A DNA stretch of 64,000 bases from an uncultured Verrucomicrobiae bacterium (GCA_963764165.1 CAVXRD010000001.1:864001-928000), one strand, 5' to 3'; counted from the first letter of the stretch, positions 49,750 to 59,132 are shown. Notes: generated by a model not told the origin, from the letters alone. Translations and numbers: made by a program.

Positions 49750-50022
49750 GCAGCCCGTTAAAAAACTATGGACACTGCAGTTTCGCCAAAAGTGGCCCGC
49801 CGACAAGGCGGGACGAAGGAGCATGTCCAAACTGGACCTGTGACTGAGGAGCAACGCAGTCGCCGGGCCACTTTTGGCGAAACCCTTAGGGCTGAGGGCC
49901 TTTTGGCTCGGTTCTTTGTCGTTCCTCACTCCCAGATCCGTTCGGAAATGCTCGCTCGTCTCTCCGCGAACCAACCCAAAACTCCTCTCAGCTGCAATGT
50001 CCATAGTTCTTTAACGGGCTGC
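49750..50022. mobile_element. 273-bp MITE with 31-bp TIRs and a CAA duplication
   Basis: GCAGCCCGTTAAAAAACTATGGACACTGCAG ... CTGCAATGTCCATAGTTCTTTAACGGGCTGC; absent at the homologous site near 23440. Confidence 0.85.
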
Positions 50023-50241
50023 CAACGGCAACAGGGAGAAAATAATGCCGCAAGCGCTTTTGTCAATTACTTTTGCAAATGCACGTTTCTGTGGTATATA
50101 TGGGAGCATGACAAACGAAATATCGATTGTCCGGGTGAGACCGGAGGCAAAAACATCAGCGGGGGCGCGGGGGGCGGGCCCTTCACGTTTTCAGTGGAAT
50201 GCGATGCTCTCACTGACGGTTGCTCCGAAAGCCTGTCCGTA

Positions 50242-50466
50242 AATCCCGAAGGGATTTTATCATTCAGCCCAGCGTTGGCTCGATTCTGAGAGGGCCTACG
50301 CTGGGTCATGGCGATTAAAAGTTCACAACCCTGAAAGGGTTGAATATCAGATGCTTATGGAGGCGATGCAACTCTTTCAGAGTTGATGGCTTCTTGGCGT
50401 TGACCCAGGGTAGCCCTCTCGGAATCGGGCAACCCTTGGCTAGATGATCCCAATCCCGTTGGGATT
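50242..50466. repeat. Long multi-hairpin inverted-repeat element
   Basis: AATCCCGAAGGGATT ... CAACCCTGAAAGGGTTG ... CAACTCTTTCAGAGTTG ... AATCCCGTTGGGATT. Confidence 0.7.
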
Positions 50467-50552
50467 GTTCGGCGGGTCGGGAACTGAAATACCACGCGGC
50501 TATTGCATTGAAAATGTGGAGGAACCGAAAAAGGCGTCGCCAACATACTGTA

Positions 50553-50684
50553 ATTGCATATTTTGACGTCACCCAATACAGGCGGATGTTTGCGGTTGCT
50601 TGATTGCGGGCGGCTGCGCAAGTCCGGGCGGCGATATCAAATCAGTTCGGAAGAAGGGGCAATGATCGCGACCAGAATATGTGA
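50553..50684 (+). repeat. About 132-bp direct repeat, copy 1
   Basis: ATTGCATATTTTGA..TCACCCAA.ACAGGCG.ATGTTTGCGGTTG...AATATGTGA; copy 2 at 51622-51753. Confidence 0.85.
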
Positions 50685-50738
50685 ATACTCTAACTTAAAG
50701 CTGCCTTCAGAACTCATGCACCGAACGGATCGATGCGC

Positions 50739-50772
50739 TTGCGAAGCAGATGTCCAACGGATACGTTAGACA
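50739..50772 (+). promoter_or_regulatory. TA operon promoter with overlapping operator palindrome
   Basis: TTGCGA-17 nt-TACGTT, 7 nt before the ATG; TGTCCAACG-GATA-CGTTAGACA palindrome overlaps the -10. Confidence 0.6.
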
Positions 50773-50774
50773 CC

Positions 50775-51008
50775 ATGAAAACAATTAGCACGCGCGAGTT
50801 CTTTCATGCTCCGGGCCTCGTCAAGAGTCTGCGGCCGGGGCAAACACTCCTGGTGACGGATAATGGGAACCCCAACTTCATGGTCACGAAGGCGGGATGC
50901 CGCCCCATGAAAACTGCGGCTGATTTGCAGCGGGAGGCCGAGGAGATTTTTCCGGGAAAACGTCCCAGGGTGAATTTCACCAGCTTGATTCGGAAGCTTA
51001 AAAAATGA
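50775..51008 (+). CDS. Phd/YefM-like antitoxin
   Basis: MKTISTREF...GQTLLVTDNGNP; overlaps the PIN gene start. Confidence 0.75.
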   Translation: MKTISTREFFHAPGLVKSLRPGQTLLVTDNGNPNFMVTKAGCRPMKTAADLQREAEEIFPGKRPRVNFTSLIRKLKK

Positions 51009-51484
51009 ATCTTTATGCGGATTCGAGCTTTGTTGTGGCAAGCCGCATCCGGCATGACACTTTTCACAGGCCTGCCTTGCAGTTTTACAAAGGCCATGAA
51101 ACCGACGTTTGGTTTTGGTCGCCCTGGCACCGGGTGGAAGTTTTGAATACTATTCGACAACTGACACGCAATCCCGACCGCAAACGGAGCCTCAGTCAGG
51201 CAGAAGCCAAGGCGTTGATTTACCGGATTGAAACGGACGTGCGCCTCGGTTATTTACTGCACATCGAAGCAGACTGGAGGGATGTGCTTCGGACGGCCAG
51301 CGAAATCAGCGCGGAGAACGCCTTTGCCCGCTCGTGTCCGGCAACGGATTTGCTCCATGTCGCTTACGCAAAGGAATTTGCCGCGGATCTGTTTGTCAGT
51401 TTCGACGACGAACAGGTTTTGCTGGCGCAGTCGGCGGGATTAATGGCCATCAACCCCGTGAATGGGTCTTCTTTGTCGGATTGA
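51005..51484 (+). CDS. vapC: PIN-domain (VapC-like) toxin
   Basis: YADSSFVV, HRVEV.N, DLLHVAYA, FVSFDDEQ. Confidence 0.85.
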   Translation: MNLYADSSFVVASRIRHDTFHRPALQFYKGHETDVWFWSPWHRVEVLNTIRQLTRNPDRKRSLSQAEAKALIYRIETDVRLGYLLHIEADWRDVLRTASEISAENAFARSCPATDLLHVAYAKEFAADLFVSFDDEQVLLAQSAGLMAINPVNGSSLSD

Positions 51485-51551
51485 GTTGTGGCAGAAGGCC
51501 CCGAAAACCATTGCGCATCGCAGCGGTTTTGGCCGCATTAGCGTCATGGCT

Positions 51552-51590
51552 GGAGAGATGGCAGAGTGGTTTAACGCGCACGCCTGGAAA
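51552..51590 (+). pseudogene. 5' half of tRNA-Ser(GGA), ending at the anticodon loop
   Basis: GGAGAGATGGCAGAGTGGTTTAACGCGCACGCCTGGAAA; the 3' anticodon strand GCGTG, variable arm and T-arm are missing. Confidence 0.85.
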
Positions 51591-51621
51591 ATGTAAAACC
51601 GTTTTTTGCTTTGGTAATCTC

Positions 51622-51753
51622 ATTGCATATTTTGAAGTCACCCAACACAGGCGCATGTTTGCGGTTGTTTGATTGCGGGCGGCGGCGCAAGTCCGGGCGC
51701 GGATATCAAATCAGCTCGGAAGTGCGGGCAATGACCGCGACAAAAATATGTGA
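51622..51753 (+). repeat. About 132-bp direct repeat, copy 2
   Basis: Aligns to 50553-50684. Confidence 0.85.
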
Positions 51754-52006
51754 TTGAGTTGGTCTGACACAATGCCCTAATGGGCGCCCCTTTCACTTTC
51801 TGCCGATCAAGAGAATCGCCGTGCGGGTGGGATTGGGAACATCAAAGAGCGCCAACGCCGAACTGCATAAATGGATGCAATCCAACGGGAAAGGAACGGC
51901 GCTGCAGCCAACGAAGGCAACAAAATGATCGAGAAAACAGGCAAAAACGAACGAAACTATGGGTTGACCCCTTTTACTGTGCTCGGTTCATTGCTCCCTT
52001 TCAATT

Positions 52007-54929
52007 TCACGGCAATAGCAACAGGCGATAAAATCCTTCTGCTTCTGGTCCGATGGCAATGGATACCGTCGTCGTGGAATTGGTTGCGATGATGGCGGTT
52101 CCTAAATCAATCCAGCTTGCCTGAGAAAGATCGGTCTTGTACCTGTAATTGCCATGTTTGTCCTCTGGTTCCACTCCAAGCAAGAGTCAATTCGCTATCG
52201 GTTCGACTTGAAGTTACAACAAGCATTGGCAGCTTTGTTGCAACCGCCGGAATATATCTGGTGAGCAAAAAAGCGTGTCTTTGGCCCAATGGATTGAGAC
52301 CATAACCAACTATTTGGCCTTTGTCGTTGATGCCGTTTGCGCACAACAACGTCCATCCGGACGTTTGATCGATCCAAGTGTTCAGGTCAATAAACCTGCC
52401 TCCCGCGTAAAGACAGGCACAGCCTTCTCCGCCAGTATTGTAATCATAAGTAAACCCCACAATCTGACCTTTGTTGTTTATGCTCGTGGCTTCGCTTCCA
52501 TTGGTTCCCAATGTACCCAAGTCAGTCATAGTCCCTGCACAATAAAGGAATGCATGGCCCAACAGAGAGGCATAGCCGAAGTCGTTGCCACTGATTGTAG
52601 AAAACCCAACCACTTGGTTGCTGTCATTAATGCTGTAGGCATCACTGTAACTGCCGCCCAGTGTACCCAAGTAGGTCATCGCTCCCATATTATAAAGGTA
52701 CGCTTCATCAGTTCCTGGGTAGTAATTGATACAGGCGATTAGGCCGTTGTCATTTATGGCGGTCGCTTCACTCTCGGCGTTCGTGTCGCTATCTAGCGTT
52801 CCCAAGTCGCTCATCGTTCCTGCGGAATAGAGAAAGGCATGCCAGGGGCCTGCGACGGTGTTGGCATAACCTACAACCTGTCCACTGTTATTGATACCAG
52901 AAGCTTGGCTGTAAGCGCCTCCCAAAGTACCCAGGTCAGTCATCCTTGCTGCGTTATAAAGGAAGGCGCGGTTCGAGACGCAGTTCCATGAGAACCCAAC
53001 GACTTGACCCTTGTTGTTGATAGCGCAGGCCATGCTGCCGTCGTCATCGCCGCCGAGTGTTCCCAAATTGATCATTGCCCCTTCGCTATAAAGATAGGCA
53101 TAGTCGGCGAGGTCCCCACTAGCATAAGCATCCCCTACCACTTGGCCCATGTTGTTGATAGCAAGTGCTTCGCTGATGCTCCCTCCCAGTGTTCCCAGGT
53201 CGATCACCATAAGATATGTAAGCGCATTTATGAGGTCAGTGCCGCTCGGCGTGCCCCATCCAGTGCAGAGATCGTAGCCGGAAACTGCGAAAAACTGGTT
53301 TGGGCTGGCACTGCTAGTGTTATTCCCAGATGTAATGTCATTGAAGCAGGAGCCGTAATTTGTGCTCTGACCAATCCCATAAATCGCTGGATTGATAAAA
53401 CCCACCGGTGGCATGCCGTTTGTCTCTGCCTGCTGGTTGACGAGCGCCATAAAACCAGCCCAAAGAGGCGCGCCGGCACTAGTCCCTTCTATTGCCTCTT
53501 CTTGGCCATTGTCCGCAACGACAAAAATGTCGTCGGCGACCATGGCAACATCGGGTAGGTTTCTCATCCTCTTCGATCCCCTATTAGCGCTCATATCAAC
53601 TCCCTGTTGCCACTCCGGGATTGGGTACGAAGCGCTGATTCCGCCGCCACTACCTGTACCGTTGTTATCATTCCAAACTGATTCCGAAACCCGCGCTTCA
53701 CCTGAACCGCTCATCGTCAAGGATGTTCCACCCACAATTGTGATACTCGGCTCGTCGACTGGCGATGGAACCCCTCCGACGTAAGCATCCTTGTCGCCAC
53801 TGGAGTTGAAGAAACTTTGCCCTTGCAGGCCAAATTCTTGAAAAATCTGCTCTGTGCTTGCGTCGATGTTAAGGCCGGTCCACGAACAACTGATTTGGTT
53901 GGCTAGATCGTCCGTGGCGATGCGGTTCAAGATGTCATTATCAACCGAAACCACGTCGTTGTTGATGGCCTCGTAAACAAAAACATTAGACAATCCAGGG
54001 GCGATTGAAATCGCCATCTCAATATCCAGAGCAACCTCGCCATTGTCGCTGCCTGGCGTGCCGCTGAATCCATCCAACAACACATTCGACAAGGGTACGG
54101 TGTGTATGCCAGCTTTGCCTTCATAAATGGCGATGTCGTTTGGATAGTAGCCGTCGAATTCAACCAAAGCAACCGCCTGCCCGAAACCAGTCAAACTGAC
54201 TCCCGGCACGTAGGCGGCACGAAAATCGTTGCCCATATAATTACCGCTTGGCCCAGAGCCGTTTTGTGGGGTGGCATTCCGCGGATTTGGTTTCTTCCGG
54301 TGCATGTTGGAGTGCAGACGGATGTAGTTGTCCAAGCCGCTGATGTGCAGGACGGGCACGACCGAATCTAGAGATGGATCAACATCCGGAGCAAAGAAAG
54401 TTCGCGGTTCGGTTGGATGTTGGTAAATAAGAAGGCTAACATGGAACATTTTCTCTATTTGCGCGACCGTCCCACTAACATCCAGCAACGTGCGATTGGG
54501 TTGTGTTCCTGTGACCGTCATGCCATTGGCTTCAACGAAATCTGTGAGAGCCTGATAATCCTCTTTGGTTGGGCCAAATCGCGCTGTGAACTGCACGGGG
54601 GTCAAATACTGGTGATAATCGGAACTTCCCGGGTCATAGATTTGTTTAAACAGTGTGTCGGCCTCTTGTTTCCCGCGTAATGGCAGGCCGATGATGATAC
54701 CCAGACGGGTTAACGGCGCCAAACGACCAACCGGTTGCAGGCGAGCTGTGATCGAAGGAACATGGCCGTGGAGCGTTTGTTTACCCCTCGGCTGCGCGAC
54801 AGCCGCCTGTTGTTGACCAACAACCTGACCTAAAACGGAACCTACTGGCATTAAGACGCCAGCCAAAATCAAGTTGAGGCCGACGATTTGCGCCAGCAAG
54901 TGAAATAGACGTCTCTTGCACGATCCCAT
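52007..54929 (-). CDS. S53 serine protease with HAF-type extracellular repeats; frameshift near 52142 in the C-terminal domain
   Basis: EVALDIE, SGD, RNLPDV, GTSAGAPLWAG, GYDLCTGWGTP; repeated DLGTLGG..S.A..INN.GQVVG...HAFLY; removing one base restores QYKTDLSQASW...GFYRLLLLP*. Confidence 0.88.
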
Positions 54930-55038
54930 AAATGACTTGGAATTCAAATTGCCTTGCATGCCAGCGTTTGCTTCAAAGGACAATTTTTCTACGCCGCGCC
55001 CAACTTAAATGCAACCGAAAAGTCGAAGCCAGAACGAT

Positions 55039-55161
55039 TCAGTTGATGAAGAAAAACTCGTTGGAGATCAGGAGCACTTGCGCGAACTTATCCCACGTCC
55101 CCAGTGGCTTGACTTGCGCGCCGGGGATGCGGAAGTTCTCACGGGCGTCCCATAGACCCGT
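55039..55161 (-). repeat. 123-bp displaced allele of the DUF1553 gene 3' end
   Basis: 6 mismatches versus 59628-59750; encodes TGLWDARENFRIPGAQVKPLGTWDKFAQVLLISNEFFFIN*. Confidence 0.92.
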
Positions 55162-55164
55162 AAA

Positions 55165-55212
55165 GGGGTCAGTTAAGGGTATTGGCATATTCCAATACCC
55201 TTAACTGACCCC
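55165..55212. repeat. Palindrome with perfect 21-bp arms, copy 1
   Basis: GGGGTCAGTTAAGGGTATTGG-CATATT-CCAATACCCTTAACTGACCCC. Confidence 0.9.
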
Positions 55213-55597
55213 GTTGTCCGATTACGCATCCGCGAGCTCAAGAGCGGACGACAGGAGGTGGAAACAGTTTGGATCGTCACCAGTCTGAGCGCCGAGAAAG
55301 CAGGCGCGGCCCGGCTCTTGGAGCTAGCCCGCCAATACTGGAGCATTGAAAACGGCACACACGACCGCCTCGACGTCAGCAGCGGGGAGGATCGTTGCCG
55401 GGTGCGCCATCCCGTGGCGGCAACGGTGCTCGGGATCCTCCGCCGCGCTGTGCAGGGTGAATATCGAGCATGGGCGCACCGCCAGCGTAGAGTCAGAGAC
55501 AGCACCTGTCCGGCCTTCCTGGAGAAGATGGGCCGACGCGTCCCCTTGGTTCTCCGCTACCTCCTCGGCGATGTCTCAAGACGTTAGAGCGGCCCTG
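55213..55597 (+). mobile_element. ISAs1-family transposase 3' remnant with right end
   Basis: WIVTSL, RQYWSIENGTHDRLDV...EDRCRVR motifs; ends ...GCGGCCCTG like an ISAs1 IR; frame begins at the palindrome edge. Confidence 0.8.
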
Positions 55598-55663
55598 GCG
55601 TTGCTTAGCAGTTTTCCCAAGGTGCTTGTCAGGAGTTCGGAGCCGTGCTAAGTTCTCAAGGCC

Positions 55664-55930
55664 ATGCAAGTGACCGTCGAAATGCCCGACCAAATTGCCC
55701 GCCAATGGGGAGACACCCCGGATGCGATTGGCCGTCACATTTTGGAGGATGCAGCCATTGAAGGTTATCGCGCCGGACGCCTTTCGCAACGGCAGGCAGG
55801 CACGATGCTGGGGCTGGACTATTGGCAAACCGAAGCCTTTTTGAGCCAGCGCTCTGTGCCGCTGAATTATTCCCCCGCCGATCTCTCGGATGACAAGGTC
55901 ACGCTGGAAAAAATTCTTTCCGGCTCGTGA
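55664..55930 (+). CDS. UPF0175-family putative antitoxin
   Basis: AAIEGYRAGRLSQRQAGTMLGL...FL...VPLNY. Confidence 0.8.
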   Translation: MQVTVEMPDQIARQWGDTPDAIGRHILEDAAIEGYRAGRLSQRQAGTMLGLDYWQTEAFLSQRSVPLNYSPADLSDDKVTLEKILSGS

Positions 55931-56359
55931 GCGTCGTTGTTTCTGATACTTCACCATTGACTACCTGATTTTGTGCCACGCGGCCGACGTGTTGCCCCAG
56001 TTGTTCCACCAAGTGGTGATTCCGCCGACGGTGTTCCGCGAAATGCAGCAGCCCAACACGCCGCCCGCGGTGCGCCAGTGGGCATCCGCGCTGCCGCCTT
56101 GGGTGAACGGGAAGCTATTTGCCTCGCCAAGGAAATCCACGCCGACGCGGTGCTGATGGACGACAAGGCTGGGCGCAACGCGGCCAGGCAGTGCGGTCTG
56201 GCTGTGGTCGGAACCATTGGTTTGCTGGAACAAGCCGCCAAACGAGGGATGGTTGATTTGCCAACTGCACTGGCAAGTCTGCGCCGGACCAACGCCCGGC
56301 TGGACCCCGAACTCATTGAAGCCGCGCTTCTTCGTGGCCAGGCACGGACGCGAAGTTGA
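55927..56359 (+). pseudogene. DUF3368 (PIN-like) putative toxin, disrupted
   Basis: VVSDTSPL, then a frameshift near 55960; IPPTVFRE...LPPW, then a jump near 56102 to GEREAICLA...LMDD...GTIGLL. Confidence 0.75.
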
Positions 56360-56761
56360 GAGCCGCCTAATCTTCCAGCAGAGCAGATTTCCGTTCACCC
56401 CCCCTCCCTCGAATTGACGATTGCCAGAATCGCCGCCTTAAGAACCGCCGGGAGTTTATCCCATGACGCGACTGCTTTAGCCAAATCAGGTACTGGCCGT
56501 GTCCGCGGCCTGTGCGCGCATCCGTGTATAGCCCTCTGTGGCGGATTGCGGAACCATTGTAGTATTTGGCAGAAATTGGATACACTCCCGATAATCCTAT
56601 TCTCAAACGCCGCCATACAATACCTCCGTTGGCCGACATCGGCGTAGCCGCATGCCAAAACTTCATGCCCAGCTTTTACCACGCCCGCCCCCGGCCATGG
56701 CAGGAGGTCCTCCCTTTACCGCCTACACTTCATCGTGCATCTCAATCGCAGGTCCAAGCCA

Positions 56762-57556
56762 TCAATGATGCTCCTTGCTTGGCGGAACGGTATCGACTGA
56801 AGAATTGTTCGTCCCGGCGCCCAACCGCAGCTCGGATGACGCATATTCTGCGATGAGATTCCTTCGTTGCTGGTCCGAATACCTCAAATAATCTGCGTCA
56901 CTAATTCTGATCAGCTTCCGCCAGTTCCGCAGTTCGACCGCAGGAACGGTCGCCCATGAGCTCTCTTCAAGCCGAAGAAAAACCAACTCCTTTGTTCGGC
57001 CATCAATTTCAATCCAAACGTCTGTTCCCGGTTTTGGTCCCCATTCCAAATCGAAAAGCGGAAGCATATCCTTTAAATTTGCTTCCTCGTTCCGCCATCG
57101 AAATTGCTGGCTGACTACGCAGCGGTTGCTTCGTTCTAGCGCCGACACATTCACCCCCATTTTCCAGAGCCAGTTCGTGGCGAGGTGGTACGCGTCATTC
57201 GTGCCAATCGTTGAGGACTGCCTGGAAAGCCAATCATTCCTTCTGGCCACGGGCCAGGTATCCCAAATATTGCCTTTAACTATAAACACCAGTCTTCCGG
57301 CGTCAGAGAATCCATAACTGTAATTGTCCGTTGTCACCCGCCCTGAAAACTTTGGTTGATTCGGAATATCGCCGGCCCATAAGGCTGGCGGAGTGGAAAA
57401 CGCCTCAAACCCCCAAAGGTTAGGAGCAGTTACATTGGTATACCTCAGAGTGCTCGTCTCCACCGGCAGATTTTCCACCAGACCAAGCCGCGGCACCGCC
57501 CAGTTAATATTCGAAACCATTAATGCCACTGCAACGTACTGATAGGCTAAAAACAT
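56762..57556 (-). CDS. Hypothetical protein
   Basis: 264-aa ORF in an AT-richer segment; GGGAGA upstream; no recognised motif. Confidence 0.6.
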   Translation of the reverse strand: MFLAYQYVAVALMVSNINWAVPRLGLVENLPVETSTLRYTNVTAPNLWGFEAFSTPPALWAGDIPNQPKFSGRVTTDNYSYGFSDAGRLVFIVKGNIWDTWPVARRNDWLSRQSSTIGTNDAYHLATNWLWKMGVNVSALERSNRCVVSQQFRWRNEEANLKDMLPLFDLEWGPKPGTDVWIEIDGRTKELVFLRLEESSWATVPAVELRNWRKLIRISDADYLRYSDQQRRNLIAEYASSELRLGAGTNNSSVDTVPPSKEHH

Positions 57557-57610
57557 ATTTTCATCTCCCGCAACGCCCGAAGCTATTGGTTAATGCCCCC
57601 TCGGTAATTA

Positions 57611-57640
57611 ACGAGGGTTCGATTCCCTTCGCCCGCTCCA
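57611..57640 (+). pseudogene. 3' fragment of tRNA-Gly (att-site remnant)
   Basis: ACGAGGGTTCGATTCCCTTCGCCCGCTCCA is a T-arm, acceptor strand and CCA; no 5' half upstream. Confidence 0.85.
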
Positions 57641-57826
57641 TGAATAATCCACCACTTACAAAGAGACGCAAGTGAAGTGCAAGCAAATCGAGCACTTCCG
57701 GCCCCGAGAATTCAATCCAATTTTTCCGTCAGCGAAGGGAATTGAACCCTCCTTGTCGCCTCACCCCTGGGTGGCAGGCCACCCCCCCGAGGCAAGCCTT
57801 GCGATGCTATGGAAAACGCCGAGAAA

Positions 57827-57873
57827 GGGGTCAGTTAGGGGTATTGGTATATGCCAATACCCTTAACTGACCC
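57827..57873. repeat. Palindrome, copy 2
   Basis: GGGGTCAGTTAGGGGTATTGG-TATATG-CCAATACCCTTAACTGACCC. Confidence 0.9.
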
Positions 57874-58046
57874 GTGGCGCACCATTCATAGCCATGTCTC
57901 GCCATACGTCCGAATTTCAGACCAACATAATCGCATATGCTCCGTCCTCCGCCAAGGCGCGCGCTGCTAAGAAGCGACGCGCATCTCGTCAGCCTTGAGC
58001 GTAGCCGCACTTTTCATTTGTCGAAACCGTCGTCATTCAACAATCT

Positions 58047-58241
58047 GTGGCTGTGGGCGTGTCTTCGAAAACGAGCAATGGATTTGCGGCCCCGCCTCGC
58101 ACGGGCAAAGAGATGCGGTCGCTCTACCGCCGAGTAGTCAAGAAGATTACCGCCATGTCGCCTGAACAACGGCTGGCGACGATGGTGCGGGCGGGCATTT
58201 ACACCAAGAGCGGGAAGCTGACCAAACAGTACGGGGGCTGA
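58047..58241 (+). CDS. Small basic hypothetical protein (start uncertain)
   Basis: SPEQRLATMVRAGIYTKSGKLTKQYGG; convergent with the NYN gene. Confidence 0.5.
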   Translation: MAVGVSSKTSNGFAAPPRTGKEMRSLYRRVVKKITAMSPEQRLATMVRAGIYTKSGKLTKQYGG

Positions 58242-58336
58242 TAAAAGCGATTCATTCCACAAGCTACGGCTCCCTGCTTCGCACTCCGGGCCATACGTCA
58301 GAGCAGCGCGGCCCCGCGCCTCGCCTGACGATGTTT

Positions 58337-59035
58337 TCAAATCCATTCAGGCGGACGAGTGATCGCTTCGTTTTCGTTCACCCGGACCGTGGCCGGAAAT
58401 AAGTGGCGTGGAATGTCTGTCAACGGGAGCGGTTTGCAGGTCACTCCCATGCGGTGATAATTGTCGTTGCGGCGCTGTTGGCGCTCGTCCTCCAAAACCG
58501 GAACATACACGGTGATTTTTACGTGCGGATAATTCTGGCGCACCCATTCGACGGCGGGTTCAAGGTCGGAATCGCCGGACACAATCACCATTGAATCGGT
58601 CAGCCCCCGAACGGCGTCTTCCAGCAGATTGATCGCAATGTTCACGTCGGTCTTTTTTTCCTCGGCCACTTGGTATTCGAGGCGGCGCATGCAGTCGCGG
58701 GCCTGGCAGGTGACAGTGCGCTCCTGATATTTACCCAGGATGATTCTGACTTTGGGCAACGTGCCGAGTGCCTTCAAATATCGTTTTTGGCGGTCACGCC
58801 GGGTGCTGATGTGTTTCATCGGATCAACCAGCGCCGTGAAAAATTTGACGCTGACAACATCCTCATCCAGCCGCAACGCCTCAAAAAGCGATTGGACATT
58901 CAGCCATTTCCACGCCGGGTTGTGCTGGAATATGCCAAAATACCAGTTGAACGCATCCACGTAGATGGTGCAGCGCTTTTTGGGTTGTGGCGGCGGGTTG
59001 GATTCAGCATAGGGGGAAAAAGGGGCAAAAATCAT
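58337..59035 (-). CDS. NYN-domain (LabA/DUF88-like, PIN fold) ribonuclease
   Basis: IYVDAFNWY, VKFFTA, RQKRYLKAL, EEKKTDVNIA, IVSGDSDLEPA, RPPEW. Confidence 0.9.
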   Translation of the reverse strand: MIFAPFSPYAESNPPPQPKKRCTIYVDAFNWYFGIFQHNPAWKWLNVQSLFEALRLDEDVVSVKFFTALVDPMKHISTRRDRQKRYLKALGTLPKVRIILGKYQERTVTCQARDCMRRLEYQVAEEKKTDVNIAINLLEDAVRGLTDSMVIVSGDSDLEPAVEWVRQNYPHVKITVYVPVLEDERQQRRNDNYHRMGVTCKPLPLTDIPRHLFPATVRVNENEAITRPPEWI

Positions 59036-59078
59036 TAAAATGGGGCTTGATTTTCCGGGCCGAGAGGCCGATATTCAT

Positions 59079-59132
59079 CCCAACTTCTCGCAATTGCGAT
59101 TGGGTGATCCGAAAGGGTTGCCCTCTTTTTTT
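59079..59132 (+). ncRNA. Candidate small RNA divergent from the NYN gene
   Basis: TTGATT-17-GATATT promoter (59047-59075), TCGCAATTGCGA hairpin, GGGTGATCC-GAAA-GGGTTGCCC stem and U-tract; no ORF. Confidence 0.45.

Larger units (their letters stand above)
49147..50178 (+). mobile_element. Second copy of the dispersed element, expanded by nested insertions
   Basis: Collinear homology to the reverse complement of 23290-23734, interrupted by REPs and two MITEs. Confidence 0.65.

Noticed and set aside
49630..50289. ORFs 49630-50004 and 49768-50289
   Set aside because: They run through MITE and repeat sequence and are most likely spurious.
48600..50700. CRISPR array or integron attC array
   Set aside because: Repeats are heterogeneous REPs and MITEs without constant repeat-spacer periodicity; no cas or intI genes; GTCCAAC..GTTAGAC at 50752-50771 is too short for attC and fits a TA operator.
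51552..51640. Functional tRNA-Ser, or intron-split tRNA pairing with 57611-57640
   Set aside because: The 3' half is absent and the distal fragment has a Gly-type acceptor strand (CGCCCGC) that cannot pair with GGAGAGA.
52250..53210. Repeats in the island protease as a diversity-generating retroelement target
   Set aside because: They are ordinary HAF-type protein repeats; no reverse transcriptase and no adenine-specific TR/VR pair.
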